NCBI GenBank assembly: GCA_038243585.1
Contig: JBBSQY010000017.1
Span: forward strand, 1 to 63,368
DNA length: 63,368 nt
Direction of reading: 5' to 3'
Source: Candidatus Sumerlaeales bacterium
Lineage (GTDB): Bacteria; Sumerlaeota; Sumerlaeia; Sumerlaeales; Sumerlaeaceae
Each line of letters begins with the position of its first letter. Position 1 is the stretch's first letter. The translations under genes were made by a program, and so were the position numbers. Below the pieces are notes generated by a model. The model was not told where the DNA came from, ran no database searches, and saw only the letters and a list, made by a program, of their open reading frames with translations. Shown here in pieces: positions 8,180-16,553 of this stretch.

Positions 8180-10018
8180 TTACAGCCCTGTTCCAATTAC
8201 GGGCGACATGCGGATCTGGTATAACCCGGATACGGCGACCCTGTCCCCCGCCGCCAAGCCGTAGCCAATCACCGCCATGTCGTTTCGAAAGTCGGACACA
8301 ACAACAGGGGTCGCGACGTAGGTTTCGGGAGCAACTTTTTTGAAAACCTGTTTTACTCCATCCTGAGTGAAGAGGGCCGCTTTCGGAATAACAAGCACGG
8401 CGGATGTCCCGCCGGTATGGATGGCCACGGTCGCGAACATCCCGCCCCTTAGAAGGTGACTGGGATTATCGACACTGAATCTGCCGAGCAATGTTCGGGA
8501 TTCCGGGTTCACCTTTTGACCAAGGGTCTGGAGGTTGCCTTCAAAGGATTGGTTGGGGTAGGCTTCCAACGTGACTGTCGCGGAGGTGGCCTCGCGAACA
8601 TTAGAAATGTCGGACTCAAAGATATCTGCATCGACGAAAACCTGATCGAGATCAATAATTGTAAACAGAATTTTCTCTGGTGAGACGTACTCTCCGAGGG
8701 TCGCACGCGACTCCGCAATGATTCCGGAAATAGGCGCCATAATTGGGATGTCGCGGACGGTGGAGCCCTCCCCTTCCAAAGAACTGGTTAGACTGGCAAG
8801 CCGGGCAGTCAGGCCGCGCACCTTATCCTGGGCAATCGTGAATTTCGCGCGCGTCTCATCGGCTTCCTGTCGAGATATGACGTTTTGCAGGCTGTCGGCT
8901 CTGCTTGCATCCCTCGACGCGAGTTCCAGCTCGCGGCGGGCCTGGGCCAGTTCCGATTCAACCTGGGCTCGTTCGCTGCTGAGGGTCGCTTTATCGGAGG
9001 CTGGAATCAGCTGTTCCAGAACCACGAGGGTCTGGCCTTTGGTTACGGTGGTTCCCGCGATGGGTATGCGCCCGTTTCCGGTCGGTGGGGGTTTCAGGCG
9101 TCCCTCCGCCGGTGGTGTCACGTCGGCTTCCATGTCCGATCTGATGGCGATCTGGCCTAATGCTTTCAGAGATTTAGGTAGTACAGTTTCCGCAGTAAGC
9201 GTCGTGCGGATACCCGCCTGGAACTGGGTTTGAATGGCTACGAAATGGGAAGCGCCGGCAACCGGATCGCCGGATGAGCCCAGGCTTGCGCCGGAGTGAT
9301 CATCCCCGGCATGAGAAAAGGCCACGTTTGCCAGCGATGACATCATTAACAATAGAAGAAGGCCGAGAGTTGCTGAGTCGCCAGTCGAAGTGCCGGGGGA
9401 ATTCCGTCGCCCTCGGGCCAATCTTGTAAGCCATATTATAACGACGAGCAGATTGGCGAGGAGTACAATGCCCACCACGGCAAGCAATGCGTAAAAGAGA
9501 TAAGCTGGCAGGCCCCACGGAATCGCGGACGGCGCGCCCGGGAATGTAGCACCGGAATCGGCAACCTCTATCGGCGGCTCGACTATCACATTGTCGAAGG
9601 TCAGTATGTCAAACAGTTCACCGGTATCCACTTCAGCACTGAGCGTATGGGTGGTGTCGGCAGTTAAATTTTGAACAATGTAGGTTCCCGGTTCGGTGCC
9701 TGTTGTTGTGTCCAGCTTTCGGGAGTCTGGCAGGAGAACCTCTACGACAACGGCGGCACCGGGAACTGGAAGGTTTTCTCCGGAGGTCGTGAGATAGAGT
9801 ATAGGATCTCCTGTCTCGCCTGCTTTTGGAAAAACCAGAACCGCATCAAGGGCTTCGGACCTGGAGTAGAAACGCGGCGCAACGTCGCCCACCGCTTGAG
9901 TAGCCGCTTCGGGAATGGCGTCGTGGCCTGCGTGGGCCTGAACCTTCTGCGCTCCCACAAAGACCAACATGGCTAAAGAAAGCCGCCAGAGATAGCGATT
10001 CAGTAGTGGGCAATCCAT
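8180..10018 (-). CDS. RND periplasmic adaptor (CusB/CzcB-like) with an extra N-terminal exported domain and TM segments
   Basis: C-terminal MFP signature (IMAPISGII, LFTIIDLDQVFVDADIFESD, VNPESRT, LRGGMFATV). N-terminal ~250-aa extension. ATG 10018 preferred to the ORF-track start 10066. Confidence 0.9.
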   Translation of the reverse strand: MDCPLLNRYLWRLSLAMLVFVGAQKVQAHAGHDAIPEAATQAVGDVAPRFYSRSEALDAVLVFPKAGETGDPILYLTTSGENLPVPGAAVVVEVLLPDSRKLDTTTGTEPGTYIVQNLTADTTHTLSAEVDTGELFDILTFDNVIVEPPIEVADSGATFPGAPSAIPWGLPAYLFYALLAVVGIVLLANLLVVIIWLTRLARGRRNSPGTSTGDSATLGLLLLLMMSSLANVAFSHAGDDHSGASLGSSGDPVAGASHFVAIQTQFQAGIRTTLTAETVLPKSLKALGQIAIRSDMEADVTPPAEGRLKPPPTGNGRIPIAGTTVTKGQTLVVLEQLIPASDKATLSSERAQVESELAQARRELELASRDASRADSLQNVISRQEADETRAKFTIAQDKVRGLTARLASLTSSLEGEGSTVRDIPIMAPISGIIAESRATLGEYVSPEKILFTIIDLDQVFVDADIFESDISNVREATSATVTLEAYPNQSFEGNLQTLGQKVNPESRTLLGRFSVDNPSHLLRGGMFATVAIHTGGTSAVLVIPKAALFTQDGVKQVFKKVAPETYVATPVVVSDFRNDMAVIGYGLAAGDRVAVSGLYQIRMSPVIGTGL

Positions 10019-10183
10019 ATTGATTCTCGTTTCGGAAGATAAGGTATGGGTGGTCGTGTTGTGCAATTTCTGGCAATGATGCTGCAGCGCGTCCGTTCGG
10101 GGAAGGCTTGGACGGCTTAATCAGAAATGGGTATTGGAACGAGGCGCGGCGCGACAGAGTATTGGAGCATTATAGCCGCCCCT

Positions 10184-10219
10184 GCCGGTGTCTCTCGCAT
10201 TTCAAATAGAGACACCGGC
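10184..10219. other. Perfect 12-bp intergenic hairpin inside the metal operon
   Basis: GCCGGTGTCTCT (10184-10195) pairs with AGAGACACCGGC (10208-10219). No clear U-tract on the coding (-) strand. Confidence 0.7.
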
Positions 10220-10249
10220 TTAACTTTCGTTTTCCATAGGCGGAGGTGT

Positions 10250-10273
10250 CACAGACAGGAATGTCTATCCTAC
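10250..10273. repeat. GTAG-type REP-like hairpin
   Basis: CACAGACAGGAATGTCTATCCTAC, related to CACAGGCGGGACGCCTATGCTAC at 4164-4186; ends in CTAC. Confidence 0.65.
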
Positions 10274-10275
10274 TT

Positions 10276-10953
10276 TCAGCCTGCGGGGGCGGGGGTGACT
10301 TTCGTTTGATTGTTCGCCTTCAGCATTTCCTGCAGGTATTTGTCCGGGTCCTTGTTAAACTGGGCCTTGCAGCTATCACAGCAAAGGCCAATTTGGTAAC
10401 CCTTATAGACGACGTTAGACCCCTTTTGCATCGAACCAACAGGATGTCCACTGATGGGGCAGTTTGGGTTGTTTAACGGTTTGACCGCCGCGTTTTGCTG
10501 CGATGTAGTAGATTGATCCTGCGGCTGTGACTGCTGGCCGTGTTGCATCTGCATTTGCATCGGCATCGGATGCTGCATCTGCATCTGATTAGGCTGTACC
10601 TGCTGCTGTGGCTGTTGAGGCTGGTTCTTCGTTTCGATTAATGCGGCTTGCAAGAAAGCGTCCGGGTCTTTGTTGAACTTTTTAACGCAGCCGTCACAGC
10701 ATAGATTGATTTTGTAACCTTTGTGCTCTACGACCTTTGCGGGCCCCATGGAGCCGACCGCCTGGTTGCTGACAGGACAAACCTTATTGTTAAGAGGTTT
10801 GGCCTCTGGCTTCTGCTGTCCGTCCGTTGGGGCGGAAATCTGAGATTGCTGCACGGGCGCAGTGGCCACGCTCTGTGTCGTTTGTGACTGAACTGGCAAC
10901 GCGGCGAGTACAAAAAGCGCCGCGGCAGTTCCAACTGGGGTAAGTTTTTTCAT
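10276..10953 (-). CDS. Exported protein with two YHS/TRASH-like domains and a Gln/Met-rich linker
   Basis: ATG 10953 after AGGAG; signal peptide MKKLTPVGTAAALFVLAALPVQS. Two NxxCP[VI]S...GY.I.LCCD.C...FNKDPD domains; linker QMQMQHPMPMQMQMQH. Confidence 0.88.
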   Translation of the reverse strand: MKKLTPVGTAAALFVLAALPVQSQTTQSVATAPVQQSQISAPTDGQQKPEAKPLNNKVCPVSNQAVGSMGPAKVVEHKGYKINLCCDGCVKKFNKDPDAFLQAALIETKNQPQQPQQQVQPNQMQMQHPMPMQMQMQHGQQSQPQDQSTTSQQNAAVKPLNNPNCPISGHPVGSMQKGSNVVYKGYQIGLCCDSCKAQFNKDPDKYLQEMLKANNQTKVTPAPAG

Positions 10954-11055
10954 AGTATTTCTCCTATTAGTTTTGTTGTTGCATAAATTGGACCATGGGC
11001 AAGTCGCCCAGTCCATGCGGCACGCAGGCGTTTTTGCATGCCGCAGGCTGAACTG

Positions 11056-12464
11056 TTACTGCTTAACGCTTTCCTGAGCCTTTTTCAAACCGGCTTCAGG
11101 GTCTTTCATAAATGTTTCTGTGCAGCCGTTGCAGCACAGGCCTACTTTTGTACCGTTGTAGACAAGTGCCGCGCCTGGCTCCATGGAGCCAACGGGCATC
11201 CCGCTTACTGGACATTTTGTGTTACCAAGGATTTTTGCTTCCACGGCGTCGGCACCGCCCTTTGGGGTAGTTCCGACCAGTTTGTGAATAGCCGTGACCT
11301 CCGCTTTGAACCTTGGAAAAATCGCTTTGGTCTGCTCCGCGTTTCTGGCGTCGCCGTACTTATCCAGCAGGCCGGCAAACGAACCGATCCGCTTGAGGCT
11401 CGTGTCCAGTTTCGCTTTTATCTCGGCATCCAGCGACGGAACAATCTTTGGAAGCTGCATGAGCAGGTCACGGACGTTAAAAGCCAGTTCGTGTACCTTG
11501 TGCATTGGACCAAAGTTGGCCACGTTTTCCAGTTTCTCCAGGCTTTCGTCGACTTCCAGCATTGCGGCTTTGGCGTCTGTCGGCATTGGACGCGGGGCGA
11601 CCTCTACCCCGAACGGAGCGAACACGTCTTTACCGTTGATTTGCACCTGGACGTAGAGAACATGATAGCCGGGCTGAGGCAGACCAACGTGGAATTTCAG
11701 CTCAGGGCCGCCGCGTTCTTCCGTGGTCTTGGGCTCTTCTCCCAATGGATGAATGTGGGCCACGTTCTGGCGGTCCTGACTGAATCCAACCATGTGGGCG
11801 AATGCGCCCATGAGCGGCTCCAGCTTTGCAAACGGTTGGCCGCCCGCGCCGCTAACGAGGACGGTGGCACCTGTTGCTTTCCCTGAACAAGTTTCGGATC
11901 GTCGAAGGCGAGCTTAAAGGTGTAACCGTCCGCTGTGAACTCCCGGTTGTCAGTTTTTTCTACCGGTTCAGCGGGCGCGCCACTCACCTCGATGGTCGAA
12001 AATGAGTATTCCTGAATCATGTTTGGCTTTGGGTGAAGGTCGGAGTAAACGTTATACGTTCCGCCTTTTTTCGGGGTGAAGCTGAAGGCGTAAGTTCCCG
12101 GCTCGGCGGCGGCTTTGGGGTGGATGTGGTGATAATCGCTGAGGCTTGGGTCAACGATCAGCAGATGAATGGGCTCCATGTGAACCACTTCCAGTTCTGA
12201 CAGCGGAACGGGTTTTCCGTCTTTAGTTTTTAGCGACAGAATCATCTCTGACGTTTTGCCTACGGCTAGGGGCTGGGCCGAGCTGACGGAGGTAAGTATT
12301 GTCGGCTCGCCGGAACCGCCGTAGGTATGTCCATGATCACCGACGGCCTCGGCAGAGGTGACGGCGGTATCGGTGGAAGTTGTTTCCTGAGCGACAGTGT
12401 ACTGCGCATTTAAGGCGAGACACGCGACTGCAATTACCGTGAAAAAGCGATTACGAATTAGCAT
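11056..12464 (-). CDS. Exported His-motif metal-binding protein with a C-terminal YHS-like domain, interrupted by a -1 frameshift near 11877-11883 (programmed shift, pseudogene or assembly error)
   Basis: 5' part (ATG 12464 after AAGGA) has a signal peptide and LEVVHMEPIHLLIVDPSLSDYHHIHP. The paralogous second repeat LEPLMGAFAHMVGF...VAHIHP and the domain NTKCPVSG...LCCNGC are in the -1 frame (ORF 11056-11811). The joined product would be about 469 aa. Confidence 0.8.
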
Positions 12465-12731
12465 TGGATTACTATCCTTATATAAATTAGTTGGGGTTTG
12501 GGGGTTTGGGGGTTTGCGAACCACCGGAGTTTCCGGGTGGGCAGGCAGTAGGTCGGGCGGAGTCATATGGCTGGCGATTTGATGCGGCCAGGAAAGCGTC
12601 TGTGGCGGGACGGCAGTGATATCTGACCTTGAGCTAGTTTTATCTGGGACAAACAGAAATGTCCGTACTACTTCAAAAGCTCATTCAATCGCCGTCGGCG
12701 CTAAGACGCACTTCTCCCCCGGGGAGGATTC

Positions 12732-13145
12732 TCAGGTTCTTATAGAAAGGTTGAGGAGAAAAAGCGGAACAGGTGGGTTTGCCGCCATGCACAAGCTAGT
12801 GGAATAATGTCCATTTCGCGCTTGGGCATTGATTGCAAAAAAAGATGGTTCGGCGCAGAAAACTTTTCCTGTATCGGATCGACTGCTATTACTCGGCAGC
12901 ACGGGCGTTGCGGGCAGGTGGCGGCTTTCCTTGTCACATGTACATTTCGCCACCGTACAGCACGAACCAGAGTTCGATCCACTACAGCAACAACCAGCAT
13001 CACCGGAGGAAATAGCGTTTTCGGAGGCTTCAGCAGATGCCAAGTTTACTGCCGTTTCAAAGGCGAGGGTATTGTCTCCACTGCAAGCAACTAGTGGCGG
13101 CAGGCCTATGATCAGAAACAATATTATGGCAAGCAAACGCATCAT
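12732..13145 (-). CDS. Cys-rich exported hypothetical protein heading the metal operon (possible leader peptide)
   Basis: Hydrophobic N-terminus with LVAC; cluster CCCSGSNSGSCCTVAKCTC; C-terminus NPPVPLFLLNLSIRT. Confidence 0.7.
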   Translation of the reverse strand: MMRLLAIILFLIIGLPPLVACSGDNTLAFETAVNLASAEASENAISSGDAGCCCSGSNSGSCCTVAKCTCDKESRHLPATPVLPSNSSRSDTGKVFCAEPSFFAINAQARNGHYSTSLCMAANPPVPLFLLNLSIRT

Positions 13146-13197
13146 ATCTATTCCGATTTAGTGGAGGTTGCTACGTAAAATTCATTCTAATGAAATA

Positions 13198-13215
13198 TAT
13201 TCGCATTTGCGAATA
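13198..13215. promoter_or_regulatory. Probable ArsR-family operator (8-2-8 inverted repeat) in the divergent promoter
   Basis: TATTCGCA-TT-TGCGAATA just upstream of the arsR ATG (13226). A second palindrome, TTCATT-CT-AATGAA, is at 13181-13194. Confidence 0.7.
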
Positions 13216-13225
13216 CTTAAGAAGC

Positions 13226-13600
13226 ATGGGATCTGACGTTGTAAATATATTAAAGGCTTTTGCTGACGACACGCGTTTGCGTATCGTTCACCTTATTGAT
13301 CGATGCGGGCCAGATTTATGTGTGTGTGACATGGTGGCCGTGCTGAAGCTGCCGCAAAGCACGGTGAGCCGTCAGTTGATGAGACTGCGGCACGTTGGCC
13401 TGGTGATGGACTCCCGCGACGGCATGTGGATCAACTATTCTATGCAACAGCACAAGGATCCGGTGCGGTCTGCGGTGTTGTCGGCACTGCGAGAGTGTTG
13501 GCTACATGATCCCGTTTTTGCCGCCGACAAGGCCCTGTTTGATGAACTTCACGCAAAGAACGAAATCGTTCGATGCAAACGCTCTTTATTGAAAGGCTGA
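13226..13600 (+). CDS. ArsR/SmtB-family metalloregulator
   Basis: [41 protein letters not shown]...[11 protein letters not shown] 13226 preferred (ORF track 13190). Confidence 0.93.
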   Translation: MGSDVVNILKAFADDTRLRIVHLIDRCGPDLCVCDMVAVLKLPQSTVSRQLMRLRHVGLVMDSRDGMWINYSMQQHKDPVRSAVLSALRECWLHDPVFAADKALFDELHAKNEIVRCKRSLLKG

Positions 13601-13604
13601 CAAA

Positions 13605-16106
13605 ATGGACATGGCTAACTCGTCCCAAGAAGAAACAGATTCTGATAGTGACAAGGCGACCGCGCCTCTAAAAGATGTGGTCTGCGGCATGGATGTGACT
13701 GAGGAATCGCCGCATCACCTTGACCACGACGGCAAAACATTTTTCTTTTGCAGCGCCGGATGCCGGACCAAATTTGAAACCGATCCGCAAACTTATCTGG
13801 CGGAAAAGCAGCTCGGAGAAAAAGGGCCGCAGGCGCCCCTCAAGGACGTTGTCTGCGGAATGGATGTGACTGAGGAATCGCCGCATCACCTTGACCATGA
13901 CGGCAAAACCTTTTTCTTTTGTAGCGCCGGATGCCGGACCAAATTTGAAACTGATCCGCAAAAATACCTCTCGGAAAAGCACTTCGGGGAGGACGCGCCT
14001 CCCGCGCCCGAAGGCACCATGTATACCTGTCCAATGCATCCGGAGATTCGGCAGGATCATCAGGGCAGTTGTCCAAAGTGCGGCATGGCTCTGGAACCGG
14101 AAATGCCGAGCCTGGACGAGGAGGAGAATCCTGAACTGACCGACTTCCGCAGGCGTTTCTGGTACACTCTTCCGCTGACGATCGTTGTATTTATCCTTGC
14201 GATGTTTGGCCATAATCTCGGCTGGTTTGACATGAAAACCCAGAGTTGGATTGAGCTTGTTTTGACAACTCCTGTTGTCCTTTGGGCTGGCTGGCCGTTC
14301 TTCGTGCGCGGTGTTCAATCGATCATTACGCGAAATCCTAATATGTGGACGCTTATCGGCCTGGGAACATCGGCGGCATTCATCTATAGTGTCGTCGCGA
14401 CAGTGGCTCCGGGGGTATTTCCTGACTCCTTTCAATCTATGGGTCGAGTCGCGGTGTATTTTGAAGCCGCAGCCGTAATCATATCCCTCACCCTATTGGG
14501 CCAGATTATGGAATTGCGAGCCAGGTCGCAGACATCCGCCGCGATTAAATCTCTGCTTGGGCTTGCCCCAAAAACTGCGCGTCGCTTAAACGCGGACGGA
14601 ACCGAAGAAGATATTCCTCTGACGCACGTCCATATTGGCGACAAATTGCGGGTTCGTCCAGGGGAAAAAATTCCGGTGGACGGCGTGGTGACGGACGGCA
14701 GCAGCGCGGTGGACGAATCGATGCTGACCGGCGAGCCAATGCCTGTGACCAAGCGTGCCGGCGACAGAGTAATAGGAGCAACCATGAACACCAACGGCGC
14801 TTTGGTAATGCAGTCGGAGCGCGTGGGGTCCCAGACCATGCTTGCACAGATTGTGCAGATGGTGGCCCAAGCGCAACGATCACGAGCGCCTATGCAGCGT
14901 ATGGCCGATCACGTTGCAGGGTGGTTTGTGGTCGTCGTTGTCTCCATCGCCATCCTCAGCTTCTTTATATGGGGATTTTTTGGTCCGGATCCGAGCTGGG
15001 TGTTTGGTCTGATATGCGCGGTATCGGTGCTTATCATCGCCTGTCCCTGTGCATTGGGACTGGCTACTCCGATGTCAATTATGGTGGCTACCGGGAAAGC
15101 GGCAACAAAAGGAATATTGTTTCGAGACGCTGCGGCTATCGAGAATTTTCGAAAAATTGATACAATGATCGTGGATAAAACCGGCACTCTCACTGCGGGC
15201 AAACCCGCGTTTGATCGCGTCGTGGCCGTTGACGGCGTTGATGCAGACGAGGTGTTGCGCATGGCTGCGAGCCTTGATCAGGGCAGCGAACATCCACTGG
15301 CCGAAGCCATTGTCCGAGCCGCCCGGGATAAAGGCCTGGAACTTGAGAAGGCGGATTCTTTCGAATCGCTTTCCGGACTGGGCGTGCGAGGAATTGTTGG
15401 TGGACGAGACGTGGCAATTGGCAATGCGGCGCTAATGGCTGAAGTGAATGTTAATGCTGATGGACTCCAGGCACAGGCAGAAGAATTGCGTTCCGAGGGT
15501 GCCACCGTGATGCAGCTCGCCGTCGATGGCCGTTTCATGGGACTGTTGGCTGTGTCTGACCCGATAAAGGAAAGCACCGTTAAAGCCTTGGAGGAATTGA
15601 ACGCTGCTAACATCCGCGTGATAATGGCGACCGGTGACGCCGTCACAACGGCGAAGGCCGTGGCGGCGCGTCTGGGAATCGACGAGTATCACGGCGCCGT
15701 ACAACCAGCAGATAAGTTGAAATTGGTGGAAAAGCTTCAAGGTGAAGGTAGAGTGGTAGCCATGGCGGGCGACGGAATCAACGACGCCCCGGCGTTGGCG
15801 AAGGCCGACGTTGGCGTGGCCATGGGGACGGGAACGGACGTAGCCATGAACAGCGCCCAGGTGACGCTGGTGAAGGGCGACCTGCGCGGCATGGCCCAGG
15901 CCCGGCAGCTATCTGAGGACACCGTCGCAAACATGAAACAAAATCTCATGTTTGCATTCTTTTACAACGCCGTCGGAGTTCCCATCGCTGCGGGCGTGTT
16001 ATATCCGCTAACGGGGTGGTTGCTCTCGCCTATGATAGCGGCTCTCGCCATGAGCCTGAGTTCTGCGTCAGTCATAACCAATGCTCTTCGGCTGCGCGGC
16101 AAGTAG
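13605..16106 (+). CDS. copA: Cu(+)/Ag(+)-type P1B ATPase (CopA/SilP-like) with two N-terminal YHS domains and a YTCPMHP domain
   Basis: [36 protein letters not shown] and MSLSS motifs. Confidence 0.93.
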   Translation: MDMANSSQEETDSDSDKATAPLKDVVCGMDVTEESPHHLDHDGKTFFFCSAGCRTKFETDPQTYLAEKQLGEKGPQAPLKDVVCGMDVTEESPHHLDHDGKTFFFCSAGCRTKFETDPQKYLSEKHFGEDAPPAPEGTMYTCPMHPEIRQDHQGSCPKCGMALEPEMPSLDEEENPELTDFRRRFWYTLPLTIVVFILAMFGHNLGWFDMKTQSWIELVLTTPVVLWAGWPFFVRGVQSIITRNPNMWTLIGLGTSAAFIYSVVATVAPGVFPDSFQSMGRVAVYFEAAAVIISLTLLGQIMELRARSQTSAAIKSLLGLAPKTARRLNADGTEEDIPLTHVHIGDKLRVRPGEKIPVDGVVTDGSSAVDESMLTGEPMPVTKRAGDRVIGATMNTNGALVMQSERVGSQTMLAQIVQMVAQAQRSRAPMQRMADHVAGWFVVVVVSIAILSFFIWGFFGPDPSWVFGLICAVSVLIIACPCALGLATPMSIMVATGKAATKGILFRDAAAIENFRKIDTMIVDKTGTLTAGKPAFDRVVAVDGVDADEVLRMAASLDQGSEHPLAEAIVRAARDKGLELEKADSFESLSGLGVRGIVGGRDVAIGNAALMAEVNVNADGLQAQAEELRSEGATVMQLAVDGRFMGLLAVSDPIKESTVKALEELNAANIRVIMATGDAVTTAKAVAARLGIDEYHGAVQPADKLKLVEKLQGEGRVVAMAGDGINDAPALAKADVGVAMGTGTDVAMNSAQVTLVKGDLRGMAQARQLSEDTVANMKQNLMFAFFYNAVGVPIAAGVLYPLTGWLLSPMIAALAMSLSSASVITNALRLRGK
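13662..13981 (+). repeat. Intragenic tandem duplication of the YHS domain (149-nt copies, 171-nt period)
   Basis: 13662-13810 versus 13833-13981; the first 43 codons encode identical amino acids. Confidence 0.95.
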
Positions 16107-16140
16107 CTATATCAGGAAGCGGGGTAAACTTTCACCTCAT

Positions 16141-16185
16141 AAAAACAAAAACTGCCGGTCTGGATTTTTCAATCCGGACCGGCAG
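16141..16185 (-). terminator. Intrinsic terminator between the convergent ATPase and small lipoprotein genes
   Basis: CTGCCGGTCTGGATT / AATCCGGACCGGCAG stem, followed on the - strand by a T-rich run. Confidence 0.8.
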
Positions 16186-16216
16186 CTGTGATCGGTAGGG
16201 CCCAACCGACCCGCAA

Positions 16217-16381
16217 TTACTTCTCGAGTGTTGGGTACTGCATAGGTGGTGGTGGCGGCATCATCTGCTGCGGCATCATAGCCGGAGCGCAAGCCTGTCC
16301 AACCGGGGCGCACTTGGTGCGGCAGCATCCAGCGGACACAACCGTCAAAGCAGCCATAACGGCAAACACGAAAAACTTCAT
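16217..16381 (-). CDS. Small (54 aa) Cys/Met/Pro-rich putative lipoprotein
   Basis: ATG 16381 after AAAGGAGA; MKFFVFAVMAALTVVSAG-CCRTKCAPVGQACAPAMMPQQMMPPPPPMQYPTLEK; lipobox-like SAGC; followed by a terminator. Confidence 0.8.
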   Translation of the reverse strand: MKFFVFAVMAALTVVSAGCCRTKCAPVGQACAPAMMPQQMMPPPPPMQYPTLEK

Positions 16382-16553
16382 GGTAGTAAATCTCCTTTCA
16401 TCATATTCCCCAGCAAGGGAACGTCGCAGCAAGCGAACTTCCTTATGCTGTTGTGTGGTCTGTTCTAGGTTTGGATCGGACCCTGTCAAATAGAAAACGA
16501 CATCTTTTTAATAAAAAACGACATTAGTGGGAACTAATCGTTTTTTGCTAACC

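Noticed and set aside
11038..11886. Long antisense ORFs such as 11038-11886 (+), 13668-14435 (-), 45678-46184 (-) and 62380-62859 (-)
   Set aside because: They are shadows of well-supported genes on the opposite strand and have no recognisable motifs.
12465..12566. N-terminal extension MTPPDLL... from ATG 12566, and the (GGGGTTTG)x3 run as a G-quadruplex
   Set aside because: A better RBS and signal peptide start at 12464. Only three adjacent G-tracts are present.
13811..13832. E. coli-like copA/CopZ frameshift after the first YHS domain (GAA AAA GGG)
   Set aside because: The A-run is not phased as X_XXY_YYZ in the reading frame.
5035..16106. Metal locus as a mobile genomic island
   Set aside because: There is no integrase, transposase or tRNA target, and I found no matching repeat at the right border.
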